Part shown: positions 8,975-19,352 of the stretch, in pieces
Position numbering within the stretch: the first letter of the stretch is position 1
How the letters are laid out: each line of letters opens with the position of its first letter
IMG/VR virus record: IMGVR_UViG_3300022895_000242
Span: 1 to 53,342 of that record
Direction: 5' to 3' (one strand)
DNA from: a virus
Lineage: Duplodnaviria > Caudoviricetes
Length of the DNA stretch: 53,342 nucleotides
Position numbers and translations under genes: made by a program
Notes under the pieces: model-generated
The model's input: the letters and a program-made list of their open reading frames with translations, nothing else
Told to the model about the DNA's origin: nothing
Database searches by the model: none

Positions 8975-9270
8975 TATAATATCCCTCCATTTTCTAAGTC
9001 CGTTTGCAATAATAAAGCATCCTCAAGTTCACGGATGCGACGTTGTTCTTCCGCCTCCTGGCTTGGGAACATTTTAATAATTGGTTTTTGTGTCGATACA
9101 TCAATTGATTCAATGTAACTATTCTTGTAATCTATCGAACCAAAAGGTACGTCAATAAAATCAATCTCTGTAATATCAGGATGTGGAGCCACTGCTCCTC
9201 GATGCTCTCCTGTTTGATAAATTATTACCCCAGTTGGTTTATCAAAAATTACTCTATTACATATTTGCAT
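8974..9270 (-). CDS. Putative tail fibre chaperone/accessory protein
   Basis: 98 aa, directly downstream of the fibre gene; C-terminal RIRELEDALLL. Confidence 0.65.
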   Translation of the reverse strand: MQICNRVIFDKPTGVIIYQTGEHRGAVAPHPDITEIDFIDVPFGSIDYKNSYIESIDVSTQKPIIKMFPSQEAEEQRRIRELEDALLLQTDLENGGIL

Positions 9271-9281
9271 ATAATACCTCC

Positions 9282-11006
9282 TTATAATTGCGATAAAAGT
9301 ATATATGGTATATTTCTTGCTGCGGAATTGTAATTTAACGCATTATAAAATCTAAAAGTAACTCTCCATTGACTCCCTACTTGCTCTGGTATTGCTCTTA
9401 GAGTATGAAATCCATCACTATATGATTGTGTCCCTTCCCAACGTTCAGTGCCATTAAAGATAATCGCACCATGCTCATCAGTTTCAACCATCATCGGTTG
9501 AAAATCTACTAGTGGTGTCACATAATTTTGGCTTGTTGCTTTAGGTGCAAGAGCAGGTACACTAAAACTGCCTTGAACTTCTTTCCTACCACCACTAGGT
9601 ATAGCTCTAATGTTAGCAGCAGTAGTCGCAAAAGGTGCGTCAGGCGCGGTATAAACACCCTTGTCAGTAACCGCCTGATTTACTACTGCTTTACCGTTAC
9701 TGACAGATTGAAAAAGCTTTCTAGGAGATGTCTCTATCCACTGACTCCACACACCACCGTTTGACTGTCTTTCAAATTCCCTGTTATCCGTTACGCATGA
9801 AACTTTTTGAATAATGTGAGCCGCATCATGGGCTATAACTTCACCCATCCACCATGCACTATCAGGAGCATTCGCTACGTTCGAACCCATATATAAACCG
9901 TTTTTCACGACATTATTCCAATCAGTTACAATTGCACATGTTTCGGGAAAACGGTTAATTAAGTTAGTAGCATTAGTAGATGCTGTATTCCAATTATTTT
10001 GTTTTGTTTGTGTCACATGAATTTGCTGATTGTTAGAGTGAGTATCAACTGTTTGTTCAATTTGTTCCAATTGTTCAGTAATTTCCGTAAGGTCAGCATC
10101 CTGCCCTGGTGGTCCCTGTGGTCCTTCTGGTCCTCTAGGTCCTGTCTCACCCTTTAGTGATTCAATCCATTCTTCCATCGTACCTTCAAAGCCGTTTTCT
10201 ACAGCTAGATCATAGGCTGATTTACCTTCTGGACCCCTAATTGGTCCAACGTTCTTCCACGTATTAGTGTTTTCCTGCCATACGTACAAATTACCAGCAA
10301 TCATATAAGCCTCACCAGGTTTTCCGGTTGTCGGCAACTCACTTTCATTGTTCAGTGAACCTAATATATTGACTCCCGTGCCATCTTTGCCATCCTTACC
10401 AGGTAATCCGCGCGGCCCTTCTGCTCCTTGTATACCTTTATCTGCAAATAAAGCCCATACACCTTTGTTTGTAACAGGTGTATTGATATTTTCTTTTAAA
10501 GCAATGTAAGTACGGCCATCAACCTCGACTAAATTATTTTTATAGTATTGTGTGGCCGAAGACCATGCTCCTCGATGACTAAAATTATCAATGAGCGACT
10601 GCATAGTATTGATAGCTTCTTGTGCATCCTGAGTTGCTTGAATAGTAGCGTTTTTAGCGTTAATTGTATCTGCAGTAGCCGTTTCTGTATTGCTAATAGC
10701 TATGTTAAGCTCATCTAATGTTTCAGATACGGTTTGTAAAGCTGATTGTAAAGCGTTGTTATTTTCATTAATAGCTTGCTGTACTGACTCATCAACTTGA
10801 ATAATGTAATTTTGTACATCGATTTCGGCAGCCCTAATAGCTTGCTCAAGTCGTGCGATTAATTCATCAACTTCCTGACCTCCGGCTAAAATATTGATTT
10901 GTCTTTGAAGATTAGCAAAACGACTTAAAATATCATCCCATGTCGCGTTAATATTATTACGTCTTTTTCGATCAATCGGGGATTCCGTATTATATAATTC
11001 TGTCAT
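9282..11006 (-). CDS. Tail fibre / receptor-binding protein (coiled coil, collagen-like GXY, knob-like domain)
   Basis: GXY runs, GKSAY motif, DWNNVVKNGLY...WSQW knob-like segment. Confidence 0.82.
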   Translation of the reverse strand: MTELYNTESPIDRKRRNNINATWDDILSRFANLQRQINILAGGQEVDELIARLEQAIRAAEIDVQNYIIQVDESVQQAINENNNALQSALQTVSETLDELNIAISNTETATADTINAKNATIQATQDAQEAINTMQSLIDNFSHRGAWSSATQYYKNNLVEVDGRTYIALKENINTPVTNKGVWALFADKGIQGAEGPRGLPGKDGKDGTGVNILGSLNNESELPTTGKPGEAYMIAGNLYVWQENTNTWKNVGPIRGPEGKSAYDLAVENGFEGTMEEWIESLKGETGPRGPEGPQGPPGQDADLTEITEQLEQIEQTVDTHSNNQQIHVTQTKQNNWNTASTNATNLINRFPETCAIVTDWNNVVKNGLYMGSNVANAPDSAWWMGEVIAHDAAHIIQKVSCVTDNREFERQSNGGVWSQWIETSPRKLFQSVSNGKAVVNQAVTDKGVYTAPDAPFATTAANIRAIPSGGRKEVQGSFSVPALAPKATSQNYVTPLVDFQPMMVETDEHGAIIFNGTERWEGTQSYSDGFHTLRAIPEQVGSQWRVTFRFYNALNYNSAARNIPYILLSQL

Positions 11007-11018
11007 TTTCTCACATCC

Positions 11019-11840
11019 TTACATGTATAAAAATTTAAAATTAAAAGCGATACTTTGAATAGTACCGCCTTCCACAGAAAAAGTATTTTCGCCCACTGCT
11101 AAAGTGAGTAGTTTTTTGTTTGTATTTTTAAAAACAGATGTGCCATTTTTAAGTGTACGAATGCCACTTAAAACGAGTGTGTCGCTAGTTGTTAGTGCAC
11201 CATCGTAACAATAAACGTCACCTGTTCTTTGATTTGTGATTTGTAGATATGTTGTAGCTGTCGCCTTAATGGTAATTTCTAAAAAATGTTCTCTTGGATC
11301 AATAGCTACATTACCGATATTGTCGATGACAAAAGCATTAGAATTGTGAATATATTTATATTCCTTATCCCAATCAAGTCCCATGCCCCAACTCCATAAA
11401 TCTACATCCCATTCCTTACGGTTTTGCAAATCAATGCAGCTACCTCTGGATTGTGCATATGGTAACTCACAAATAAATTTGACATTGCATACACCATTTT
11501 TTAATGTACGTTGCAAACTAAATTTTCCGTCGTTACGTACGTGCCACCACACACCACTTTCTCTTGTATCGATGATGTAGAAATCCTCACTACTACTGAA
11601 TAACGTAAACAATTCACGTCTAAACAGTGCGTAGTCATCTATATCATAACCCTTTATTTTAAAAGTAGCGTCAATGTAACGAGTGTTGTAACCATTGTTG
11701 GTGACAATATAGCTACCACCATCTAAATTATGCGATTCATTCATATTGTCCAAGGATTCAGGCTCAAACTCCATAACCCGAATCCCTGCATCACGTAAAT
11801 TGATTTGTGCCCCATCTTTTCTAACAAATATTAACGTCAT
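11019..11840 (-). CDS. Distal tail protein (Dit, Sipho_tail)
   Basis: Follows the TMP; PYAQS, NIGNVAIDP, L..GENTF...FKFLY motifs. Confidence 0.88.
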   Translation of the reverse strand: MTLIFVRKDGAQINLRDAGIRVMEFEPESLDNMNESHNLDGGSYIVTNNGYNTRYIDATFKIKGYDIDDYALFRRELFTLFSSSEDFYIIDTRESGVWWHVRNDGKFSLQRTLKNGVCNVKFICELPYAQSRGSCIDLQNRKEWDVDLWSWGMGLDWDKEYKYIHNSNAFVIDNIGNVAIDPREHFLEITIKATATTYLQITNQRTGDVYCYDGALTTSDTLVLSGIRTLKNGTSVFKNTNKKLLTLAVGENTFSVEGGTIQSIAFNFKFLYM

Positions 11841-14800
11841 AATGAGGCCACCCCTTTCACCATAGCTGCCATATTAGCGCCTCTGTATTGCTTTCCACTA
11901 ACGACTTTATACATGATTTCTCCAACTTTTTCACCATATAAAACCACGTCCGATGTTTCTACTTGGATGCTATTTTCTTCAGCATTGCCAGAAATATTAT
12001 TGGTAGTCGAATAGTTATTAATCATCGATGATGGCTTGTTTAAGCCGAGGTTAACTTTAGCACCACGCAACGGATTAACAATGGAAGGTTTGATAAAATC
12101 ACCGATTTTTTCAGATGCATTTGTTAAAAATGATTTTTGTCGATCAACACCAACATCAAAACCTCGTGCAAGATTACCAGCGACGAAATCACGCATCCAT
12201 CTTGAAGGACTATGAATATCTAAAGCATCTTGAATGGTCCATTTAATACTATTGGCAATCGATTTAGCCTGTTTCTGTAATTCTCCATCCATTGACTTTA
12301 ATCCATCTAATAAGCCTTGGGCAGCGTCAACACCGACCTGTTTTAGTGAACTCATTTCATTTTGAGTAGTGGTTGTAAGTGCCTTGATTTTTTCACGCCA
12401 CTCGGTTTGTAAAGTCGTTAATTGCTTCTTGGCTGTTTCCCGCAATTCTTTAATTTGCTTGTCAGCATCTTCACGCATAGTCTTTAATTCACGTTCAGTT
12501 TGATTACGTGCATCTGCTGATTTTTCTTTGTATAAATTGCTGTATTTCTCTAATTCAACTGCACTCAACTGGTTAAGAGCCTGCAACTCTCCGAGTGCTT
12601 TCGGGCCCATCTCACTAAGATCTTTTAATAGTTCTTCGCCTACGCCTCTCATAGCTAAATCATCCATAGCCCGGCGCCACTCACGGAACCCATAAACTTG
12701 ACCTTGTAGGTTGTCTAGTAGCTCTTTACCAGTAATTTCGGTGTTTCGCTTAAATTCATCAAATAGTCCAGTGGAATTGAATAATTTATCATATCGCTTG
12801 TTAAATGCATCTTCATACTCTTTGTTTAAAGCTTGTTCTTGCTTAATAAGATCATCATTGATTTTTTGCATTTCCTGTTGGTATGACTGATTAATCGAAA
12901 GAACTTCTTTATTAATCGCATCTACAGCTTTTTTATGCTCTTGCTGGGCTCGTACTCGTTCCTTACTACCATCAGCATATAACTTCAATGACTGTTCCCA
13001 AATCCTAGCTTCATCGATCAATGAGAGTTGATCTAATGACTTTTTATCATCGATGTACCTTTTAGTTTCCTCATACAAATCTTTGTACATTTTGTTATCT
13101 AAGGAAACGATATCTTTAGTCGATTTTTCTTTGATTTTTTTTATTTTGGTAGCTGCTTGCTCCTCAATTTTAGCGATCTTTTCATTTGTATCTCGAGAGT
13201 TTTTAGTACGCTTTGAGCTTGCTTCATTTCTAAGCTTTTGTACTTTGGCAATCTCATCTTTAGTTAGATTACGTTTTTTCTTTTTAGCTGCTGCATAAAT
13301 CGCGTTAATTTTCTGCGTTTCTGATTGTGCAGCTTTTTGATTTGACTCGGATGCATTTCTTTGCAGTTTCGCAATCGAATCATTTTTATCTTTTTCGATT
13401 TTCGCAATTTGATCAGCTGCATCTTTGCGTAGTTTTTTTTCTTCCGATGCATAGTGCTCGGCGATATCTTTCGCATTAAGCGCTATGTCACTTACAGCAT
13501 CGACTACTCTATCGCCAGTCTCTTCAATACCAATCGCCCAACCTTCGGAAGTCCAGTTACCGATTTGTTTGAAAACCCTAGAAGGTGAATGAATACCAAG
13601 TAATGATTTAGCTTTACTAATAACACCATCTACAACACCTGTAATCGCCTCAATCGCATTAGATGTCATATTTGTAATACCTTTGATTAGACCACTAACC
13701 AAGTCTTTACCGACATTGATCATATCGTTGACTTTACTGAGTACGCCATCTATTAGATTGCCTACTAGGTCCTTACCAGCAGTTAATATTTTTCCTAAAA
13801 AACTCAAGATTTTATCGATAAGACCTGTGATAAGTTTTGCTCCAGCGCTTATAATATCACCAAGCAATGATAATATCCCAGATATTAACTTACCTATTAG
13901 AGTTACACCAGCAGCAAGTAATTGACCAACAAAACTAAGGATTTTACCTAATAGACCAAGAATTAACTTGGCACCTGCAGCTAGAAGTTGTCCTAAGATG
14001 GATAAGACACCTTTTACAAGAGCAACAATCAATTCTGCTCCTGCTGATAATAGCTCTGGAAGAAGCTGAATAATCGCTTCTACTAATGCAACAACAAGAG
14101 TTATACCGGCCTCGATAAGTTGGGGTAAAACTTGTATTAATCCTTTTACAAGAGCCATAACAATCTGTACACCAGCATCAAGCAATTGGGGTAACAATTC
14201 AATAATCGCTTTTACCAATGACATAATCAAGGTTACTATTGCTTCTAAAATAGCTGGTAGAGCTTTTATCAACCCCTGTACCAAAGCCATAATAATTTGT
14301 ATGCCGGCCTCGATAAGTTGGGGTAAAAGTAAAATTAACGCTGCTACTAAGGCGATAACAATTGTAAGTGCTGCCTCGATTATTATAGGTAATGCTCCAA
14401 TAATTCCTTCTATCAATGTATTAAGTACCAACAAACCAACTTGAATTAGTTGAGGTAACGCAGCAGTTAAAGCATCCACAAGTGACATAACGATATTTAG
14501 GGCACTTTCAACAATTAGTGGCAATGCCGTTACTATGCCATTTAACAATGTTTCGACAATCGTTAAACCTGTCTCAATTAACAATGGCAACATCATAGTC
14601 AAAGAATTTATTATAGTATTTAGCAATTGTACGACCACTTCTATTAACATCGGTAGTGCTGTAATGATGCCGTTTATAATGGTTGTTAGCAAAGATACTC
14701 CGACTTCAACAAGTTGAGGTAATAACGTTCCTATGGTTGTTGTGACTAATTCTATTAAACTAACTATGGCTTTTACCACAATTGGCAAATTGGTCGTTAT

Positions 14801-16609
14801 GCCCTCCGCTAATTTTGTTACAATATCAGCAGCTAAAAGTATTATCTGTGGCACTATCATAACTAATGTATCAATGACAACAGGCAATATCTCTGCAAAT
14901 GCAGTTGCGAACTTTCCAATATTGCTACTTACCCCATTAATTAAACCGACAACTAGCTTGGCTCCTACTGTGACAAGTCGAGTCGATAGCTCTGTAATAT
15001 TCTCTATAACTCCACTTATAGATTCGGAGAAATTACTGGCAACCTCATCAAATGTCATTTCACCTTTGAGCATCTTAAAAGTATCTTGCAGTAAAGTAGT
15101 GTGAGTAAATACTTTTAGCAGAATATTAGCTAACATGCCCCACGGTCCTAATAACATCAATATCGATGATAAAACTGCTTCTGCGGCAAATTTGAGTAAG
15201 TTAAGTGCTTTTTCAACATCTATAATATCTTTGACGATACTTAGTTTTTCTTTAAGGCTAGACAATCCAGTTAACAATCCGTTTATTGCCGTAGTAAAGC
15301 CGCTGGATATACTAGACCATACAGCGCTCAAACTGGTACTAAGTGTTGTTGTTATTTCTGATACTACTTCGGACATCGATGTCGCGAATGATTGAATAGC
15401 CGTTAATGCAGTATTAAAAGTTTCCGTAACATCTGCCCATAAATCTTTGAAAAATTGGGTTATAGGTTCCCAATATTGGATAATTAGCAACACTGCTGTA
15501 ATTGCAGCTAATGCTACCCACGTCCATGGATTTGCCAAGACAGTTGCATTTAATGCAGTTATAGCTTTTCTAACATTACCAATTATTGTGATAGTTGTGT
15601 TAAATGCCGCAAAAGACAAAACCATGATTCCAACCGCACCTGCAATTGAGGTGATTAGTGGCATCCATGGTTCAAGATTGTGGTACAGATTCATTATCAT
15701 ATCTACTGCTGTCGGAATTCCTGCCGCGATTGCATTTAAAACGTTGCTAAAAGCCTTACCTATTAACCCTAGAATATTCTCAATTGATTGTAATGGGGTT
15801 TTAGCTAGTACATCTTGTAATGATTGTATGATGTTTGCTACACCACGTACAACAGCAGTTCTCATATTTGCAAAGGCTGTTGCGATACCAGCACTACTAG
15901 CTTTAGCAACTTCAGCAAAGCCGCCTACGCCATTGTTCAATTCGATCAATTTTGCGTTAAAATCTTCGAATGTAATTTTACCTTTTTGGAGCGCACTATA
16001 TAAATCTCGTTGTGCCGACTTCCCTGTGAAACCGAATGCCTCAGCCGTCTTATTAAGCGCAAAGCCCATCGTTTCTTGTAAGGTTTGCCATGAAACCATG
16101 TCAACTTTGCCCTTTGCCAGCATTTGTACGTATTGTACAAGACCACGTTCTGCATCAGCTGAACTTGAACCAGATGCTAAAAAAGCATTGTTAAGTGCAA
16201 GCGCTGTGTCAGTAGCAACATCTAAGTCACCAGTCATAAGCGCAATACTTTGCGTACTCTTAACAATGCCATCTAACGTTGTTGGTAGACCTGAAATACC
16301 TTCAGAAAGTTTGTCAATACTTGATTTAGCTTGGTCGCTGCTAAAGCCCATACGCTCCATAACGACTGGAAAACCACTTAATGTATCGACACGAGCTATA
16401 GCTCCACTGATAGAGCTAGTAACCATATCAATCCCTTTTCTAGCTGCTGCAACCAGTCCTAAAGCTGTTACAACTTTACCAATGGACAGCGCACTAGATT
16501 CACTCGTCCGGCCTAGTCCACCGAATAATCTACTTAAATCTGCCACACCATTTACGACACGGCCGTCATCCAATACAACGTCAATAACTATTCGACCATC
16601 ACTAGCCAT
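11837..16609 (-). CDS. Tail tape measure protein
   Basis: 1590 aa; MASDGRIVIDV start, tape-measure N domain, amphipathic repeats, two HSPSR motifs. Confidence 0.95.
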   Translation of the reverse strand: MASDGRIVIDVVLDDGRVVNGVADLSRLFGGLGRTSESSALSIGKVVTALGLVAAARKGIDMVTSSISGAIARVDTLSGFPVVMERMGFSSDQAKSSIDKLSEGISGLPTTLDGIVKSTQSIALMTGDLDVATDTALALNNAFLASGSSSADAERGLVQYVQMLAKGKVDMVSWQTLQETMGFALNKTAEAFGFTGKSAQRDLYSALQKGKITFEDFNAKLIELNNGVGGFAEVAKASSAGIATAFANMRTAVVRGVANIIQSLQDVLAKTPLQSIENILGLIGKAFSNVLNAIAAGIPTAVDMIMNLYHNLEPWMPLITSIAGAVGIMVLSFAAFNTTITIIGNVRKAITALNATVLANPWTWVALAAITAVLLIIQYWEPITQFFKDLWADVTETFNTALTAIQSFATSMSEVVSEITTTLSTSLSAVWSSISSGFTTAINGLLTGLSSLKEKLSIVKDIIDVEKALNLLKFAAEAVLSSILMLLGPWGMLANILLKVFTHTTLLQDTFKMLKGEMTFDEVASNFSESISGVIENITELSTRLVTVGAKLVVGLINGVSSNIGKFATAFAEILPVVIDTLVMIVPQIILLAADIVTKLAEGITTNLPIVVKAIVSLIELVTTTIGTLLPQLVEVGVSLLTTIINGIITALPMLIEVVVQLLNTIINSLTMMLPLLIETGLTIVETLLNGIVTALPLIVESALNIVMSLVDALTAALPQLIQVGLLVLNTLIEGIIGALPIIIEAALTIVIALVAALILLLPQLIEAGIQIIMALVQGLIKALPAILEAIVTLIMSLVKAIIELLPQLLDAGVQIVMALVKGLIQVLPQLIEAGITLVVALVEAIIQLLPELLSAGAELIVALVKGVLSILGQLLAAGAKLILGLLGKILSFVGQLLAAGVTLIGKLISGILSLLGDIISAGAKLITGLIDKILSFLGKILTAGKDLVGNLIDGVLSKVNDMINVGKDLVSGLIKGITNMTSNAIEAITGVVDGVISKAKSLLGIHSPSRVFKQIGNWTSEGWAIGIEETGDRVVDAVSDIALNAKDIAEHYASEEKKLRKDAADQIAKIEKDKNDSIAKLQRNASESNQKAAQSETQKINAIYAAAKKKKRNLTKDEIAKVQKLRNEASSKRTKNSRDTNEKIAKIEEQAATKIKKIKEKSTKDIVSLDNKMYKDLYEETKRYIDDKKSLDQLSLIDEARIWEQSLKLYADGSKERVRAQQEHKKAVDAINKEVLSINQSYQQEMQKINDDLIKQEQALNKEYEDAFNKRYDKLFNSTGLFDEFKRNTEITGKELLDNLQGQVYGFREWRRAMDDLAMRGVGEELLKDLSEMGPKALGELQALNQLSAVELEKYSNLYKEKSADARNQTERELKTMREDADKQIKELRETAKKQLTTLQTEWREKIKALTTTTQNEMSSLKQVGVDAAQGLLDGLKSMDGELQKQAKSIANSIKWTIQDALDIHSPSRWMRDFVAGNLARGFDVGVDRQKSFLTNASEKIGDFIKPSIVNPLRGAKVNLGLNKPSSMINNYSTTNNISGNAEENSIQVETSDVVLYGEKVGEIMYKVVSGKQYRGANMAAMVKGVASL

Positions 16610-16738
16610 TACATCACTCCTTTGGCCACATCAAAAAAAGAAGCCTGCTAACGTGGCTTCTAATTGCATGTTTCTTTCAATTTTTCATTCCTGTTCACCA
16701 CCTTTTTCGGCAAAAGAAAAAGCACTCAAATCGAGTGC

Positions 16739-17083
16739 TTAAAACATTTTTTGTATGAATGCTTTATAAATTTTTTGATCAATTTCTATTAAACTCTTTT
16801 TACCATCCATAAACTCGATTGCTACAACGTGAGTGCTTTTAGATTTTGCCGAAAGACCAGCGAGCCAACCAACTGGACCTAAGATAACTCCACCAACAAA
16901 GGCACGTCCTACAGCACTTGTTGCACTTTTACGTGATTCCTCATCTAGTACCTCGTATTCTTTAACTGTTGTTTTATTCAATTCAACAGTTTTTAAAAAT
17001 CCTATATTGATTGTTGTTATTCCAAATGCAGATGAAACCACCTTACCTTGGTAATCACCAGCAATTACTTTGTTTTTTGCCAT
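16739..17083 (-). CDS. Moron protein with Gly-rich hydrophobic hairpin
   Basis: AVGRAFVGGVILGPVGWLAGLS; own RBS and terminator. Confidence 0.75.
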   Translation of the reverse strand: MAKNKVIAGDYQGKVVSSAFGITTINIGFLKTVELNKTTVKEYEVLDEESRKSATSAVGRAFVGGVILGPVGWLAGLSAKSKSTHVVAIEFMDGKKSLIEIDQKIYKAFIQKMF

Positions 17084-17222
17084 TATCATCCCTCCTTATA
17101 CACAAATATACATAATATGGAGAGATTTCACTATACCCTTTACATAATCACCACCCCTTTCAATTTAAATTTTTCTTAATATTAAAAACCACTCCAGAAA
17201 TAGAGTGGCATGTTATGATAAT

Positions 17223-18236
17223 TTAATATTCTTTTACTTCAAACCACACAATTTTATCTTTAGCAATATATTCTTTAATTGATTTGAAAGGTGGCTCCGG
17301 TGACTTTATCGTGAATATATAAAAGTTTTCGGATTGAGTAGTATACCAATTAATAAAATTATTCATCTCACCATGTGTTAAATTATATTCTTTTATTTGA
17401 TTATTTAACAAATGAATTCTGAGTATTGTATTATTATTTACTTCAGGAATTTCAATGTTATGTTCTAAAGAAACTTCATTGGAATTTTCACTTTCTGTTC
17501 CATCAACAATTGCTGATATAACATAATAATATCTTTTTCCCTTTTCTATATCCTTATCTAAATAAGAATTCACCGTAATATTGTTATTAATAATAGTATA
17601 CGGACCGCCTGCAGTTGTAGCTCTTTTCACATTATATCCTATTGCATTTTCTACAGAGTTCCAAGTCAACAGATTACCCTCATCTACTGCTATTCCATTA
17701 AGTAATGGAGTGCTAATAACTTCTGATGAGACTAAATTACCTTCTTCATCTATATCAATGGCATCAACAGAAGTATAAACTCTATCTTGAGTTGATTCTA
17801 TTCTTACTTTATGTAACTCATTAGATAAATCTAGTTTTTCAAATACAATTGTTTGATTGCCATTCCCATTACCTTCAGAGTAATGATAAACCTCATCATC
17901 AATTGTGATTTTTACATTATTCGAATGATCTGCTGCTTTAGCAAAAGCTATAATTCTTATTTTACTTCCAGTAAAGTTAAAGCTATAATAGTCACCTTTT
18001 TTTGTTGTATGATGATTAGTGTTTTGATAAAAACCATGTTTAGAGCCTGCATCAGAACTAATAAAATTTGTTTTTACAAATTCATTTCTATCATCATACC
18101 TCTTCCATCCCTCATCAGGTTGTAAGGACTTCTCCCCTAAAGATGCTGCCTGAACATTATTTACACCAACTGATATAAATGATGTCGAAATTAGTATTGC
18201 CACAACTAAAACTATCTTTTTCAATATTTTGTTCAA
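17223..18236 (-). CDS. Secreted protein: signal peptide, beta-rich domain, FN3 domain, conserved C-terminal domain
   Basis: VQA signal; LTWNSVENAIGYNVKRATTAGGPY...YYYVISA is FN3; TTG start after AGGAGG. Confidence 0.85.
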   Translation of the reverse strand: MNKILKKIVLVVAILISTSFISVGVNNVQAASLGEKSLQPDEGWKRYDDRNEFVKTNFISSDAGSKHGFYQNTNHHTTKKGDYYSFNFTGSKIRIIAFAKAADHSNNVKITIDDEVYHYSEGNGNGNQTIVFEKLDLSNELHKVRIESTQDRVYTSVDAIDIDEEGNLVSSEVISTPLLNGIAVDEGNLLTWNSVENAIGYNVKRATTAGGPYTIINNNITVNSYLDKDIEKGKRYYYVISAIVDGTESENSNEVSLEHNIEIPEVNNNTILRIHLLNNQIKEYNLTHGEMNNFINWYTTQSENFYIFTIKSPEPPFKSIKEYIAKDKIVWFEVKEY

Positions 18237-18336
18237 TTTAATCCCTCCTATACTATAAATATACATGGATAATGAAGGAAGTACTATCACTATTTTCAAT
18301 TTACAAATCCTTCACGCCCTCAATTAAAAAACACCC

Positions 18337-18588
18337 TCATACGAGAGTGTTTAAAAGTTGCCTTTTTTCGATTTGTTTTATTAATAACTGGTTCATCCAC
18401 TTAAGATATGGCTGATTGCTTTTAGATAAGAAGCCAAAGTTTTTGAGATCTAATAACTGAAAGTCACTCATTTTTTCTACTGCCTCTTGCCACCAATATC
18501 CAACGTCAGTTGTTTTTGGCGGTGATACCCCAATACATTTTGAGAAGTCATTAATTAACATTAGTAACTTTTCTTCTTTTTCACTCAT
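18337..18588 (-). CDS. 83 aa hypothetical protein, paralogue of 20884-21054
   Basis: AGGAGG RBS; ungapped similarity over 47 aa. Confidence 0.75.
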   Translation of the reverse strand: MSEKEEKLLMLINDFSKCIGVSPPKTTDVGYWWQEAVEKMSDFQLLDLKNFGFLSKSNQPYLKWMNQLLIKQIEKRQLLNTLV

Positions 18589-18654
18589 AATTTTGTCCTC
18601 CTATTTTGAGGACATCCACTTTTAAAAATACTCTTTTTAGAGTATAATTAAGCT

Positions 18655-18728
18655 AATATTGTTTTGGGTGGATGTCACTCGACTGTTACCGCATTTCAAG
18701 CGCCAACTTGAAGTGTGGTTTTTTTATT
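18655..18728 (+). ncRNA. Putative cis-antisense RNA with CopA-like CGCCAA loop
   Basis: TATAAT at 18643-18648, then hairpin ACCGCATTTCAAG-CGCCAA-CTTGAAGTGTGGT plus T tract. Confidence 0.5.
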
Positions 18729-19347
18729 TTATAACTCTCAAATGCCCTACTTTATTCATCTTAATTTTCTGTGGTTTTCCATCATGTACATAATAAGCTT
18801 GTCCTTTCTCATCTTTGAAGGTATCAGGTGTGTCTTCTCCTTCTGCCGCCATAAATTCCTCGAATAAACTTAAATGCCCTTCGTAACGTCTTATCGCGCT
18901 CATAGTAGTCATACTTTTAACAAATAACATCCATATATCATGATTCTGATATTCACTTAAAAATTCTAAAGCATATTCACCAACAACATCGTCTGGTTTC
19001 AATTCAGTACTCTCAATATATTCTTTTGTGTAAAAATAATCCTTAGTACCCCATTTGTGTCCATCGAACTCTTTTGTGATAGGGAATACGTTCATAAATT
19101 GTCGAAGTGTCATAGTCGCTATAAGACCTTTGAGATTACTAATAGAATTGAAATAATTGATATTCATTTCATAATCTTCGTATTCTGGTGAAGTAATAAT
19201 ATTTTTAACACCATACCAAATGATTTTTTCTAAATTATTTTTGATAGCTTTCTTATCACCATCATCATTTTGTTCTATTGCCTTTTCTAACGTCCGTCTA
19301 AGTGCTGAACTATATAAATTATGTTTATCTTTTCTTTGTTTCACCAT
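18724..19347 (-). CDS. Phage hypothetical protein downstream of the second antirepressor
   Basis: 207 aa; FPITKEFDGHKWGTKDYF motif; function unknown. Confidence 0.75.
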   Translation of the reverse strand: MVKQRKDKHNLYSSALRRTLEKAIEQNDDGDKKAIKNNLEKIIWYGVKNIITSPEYEDYEMNINYFNSISNLKGLIATMTLRQFMNVFPITKEFDGHKWGTKDYFYTKEYIESTELKPDDVVGEYALEFLSEYQNHDIWMLFVKSMTTMSAIRRYEGHLSLFEEFMAAEGEDTPDTFKDEKGQAYYVHDGKPQKIKMNKVGHLRVIK

Positions 19348-19352
19348 AACTA

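Noticed and set aside
9282-11006. Diversity-generating retroelement or invertible tail-fibre system
   Set aside because: No reverse transcriptase, template repeat, invertase or inverted fibre copies seen
15447-16742. 431 aa + strand ORF and other long antisense ORFs (7184-7942, 14733-15104)
   Set aside because: Shadows of the TMP and Tal coding strands; no RBS or recognisable motifs
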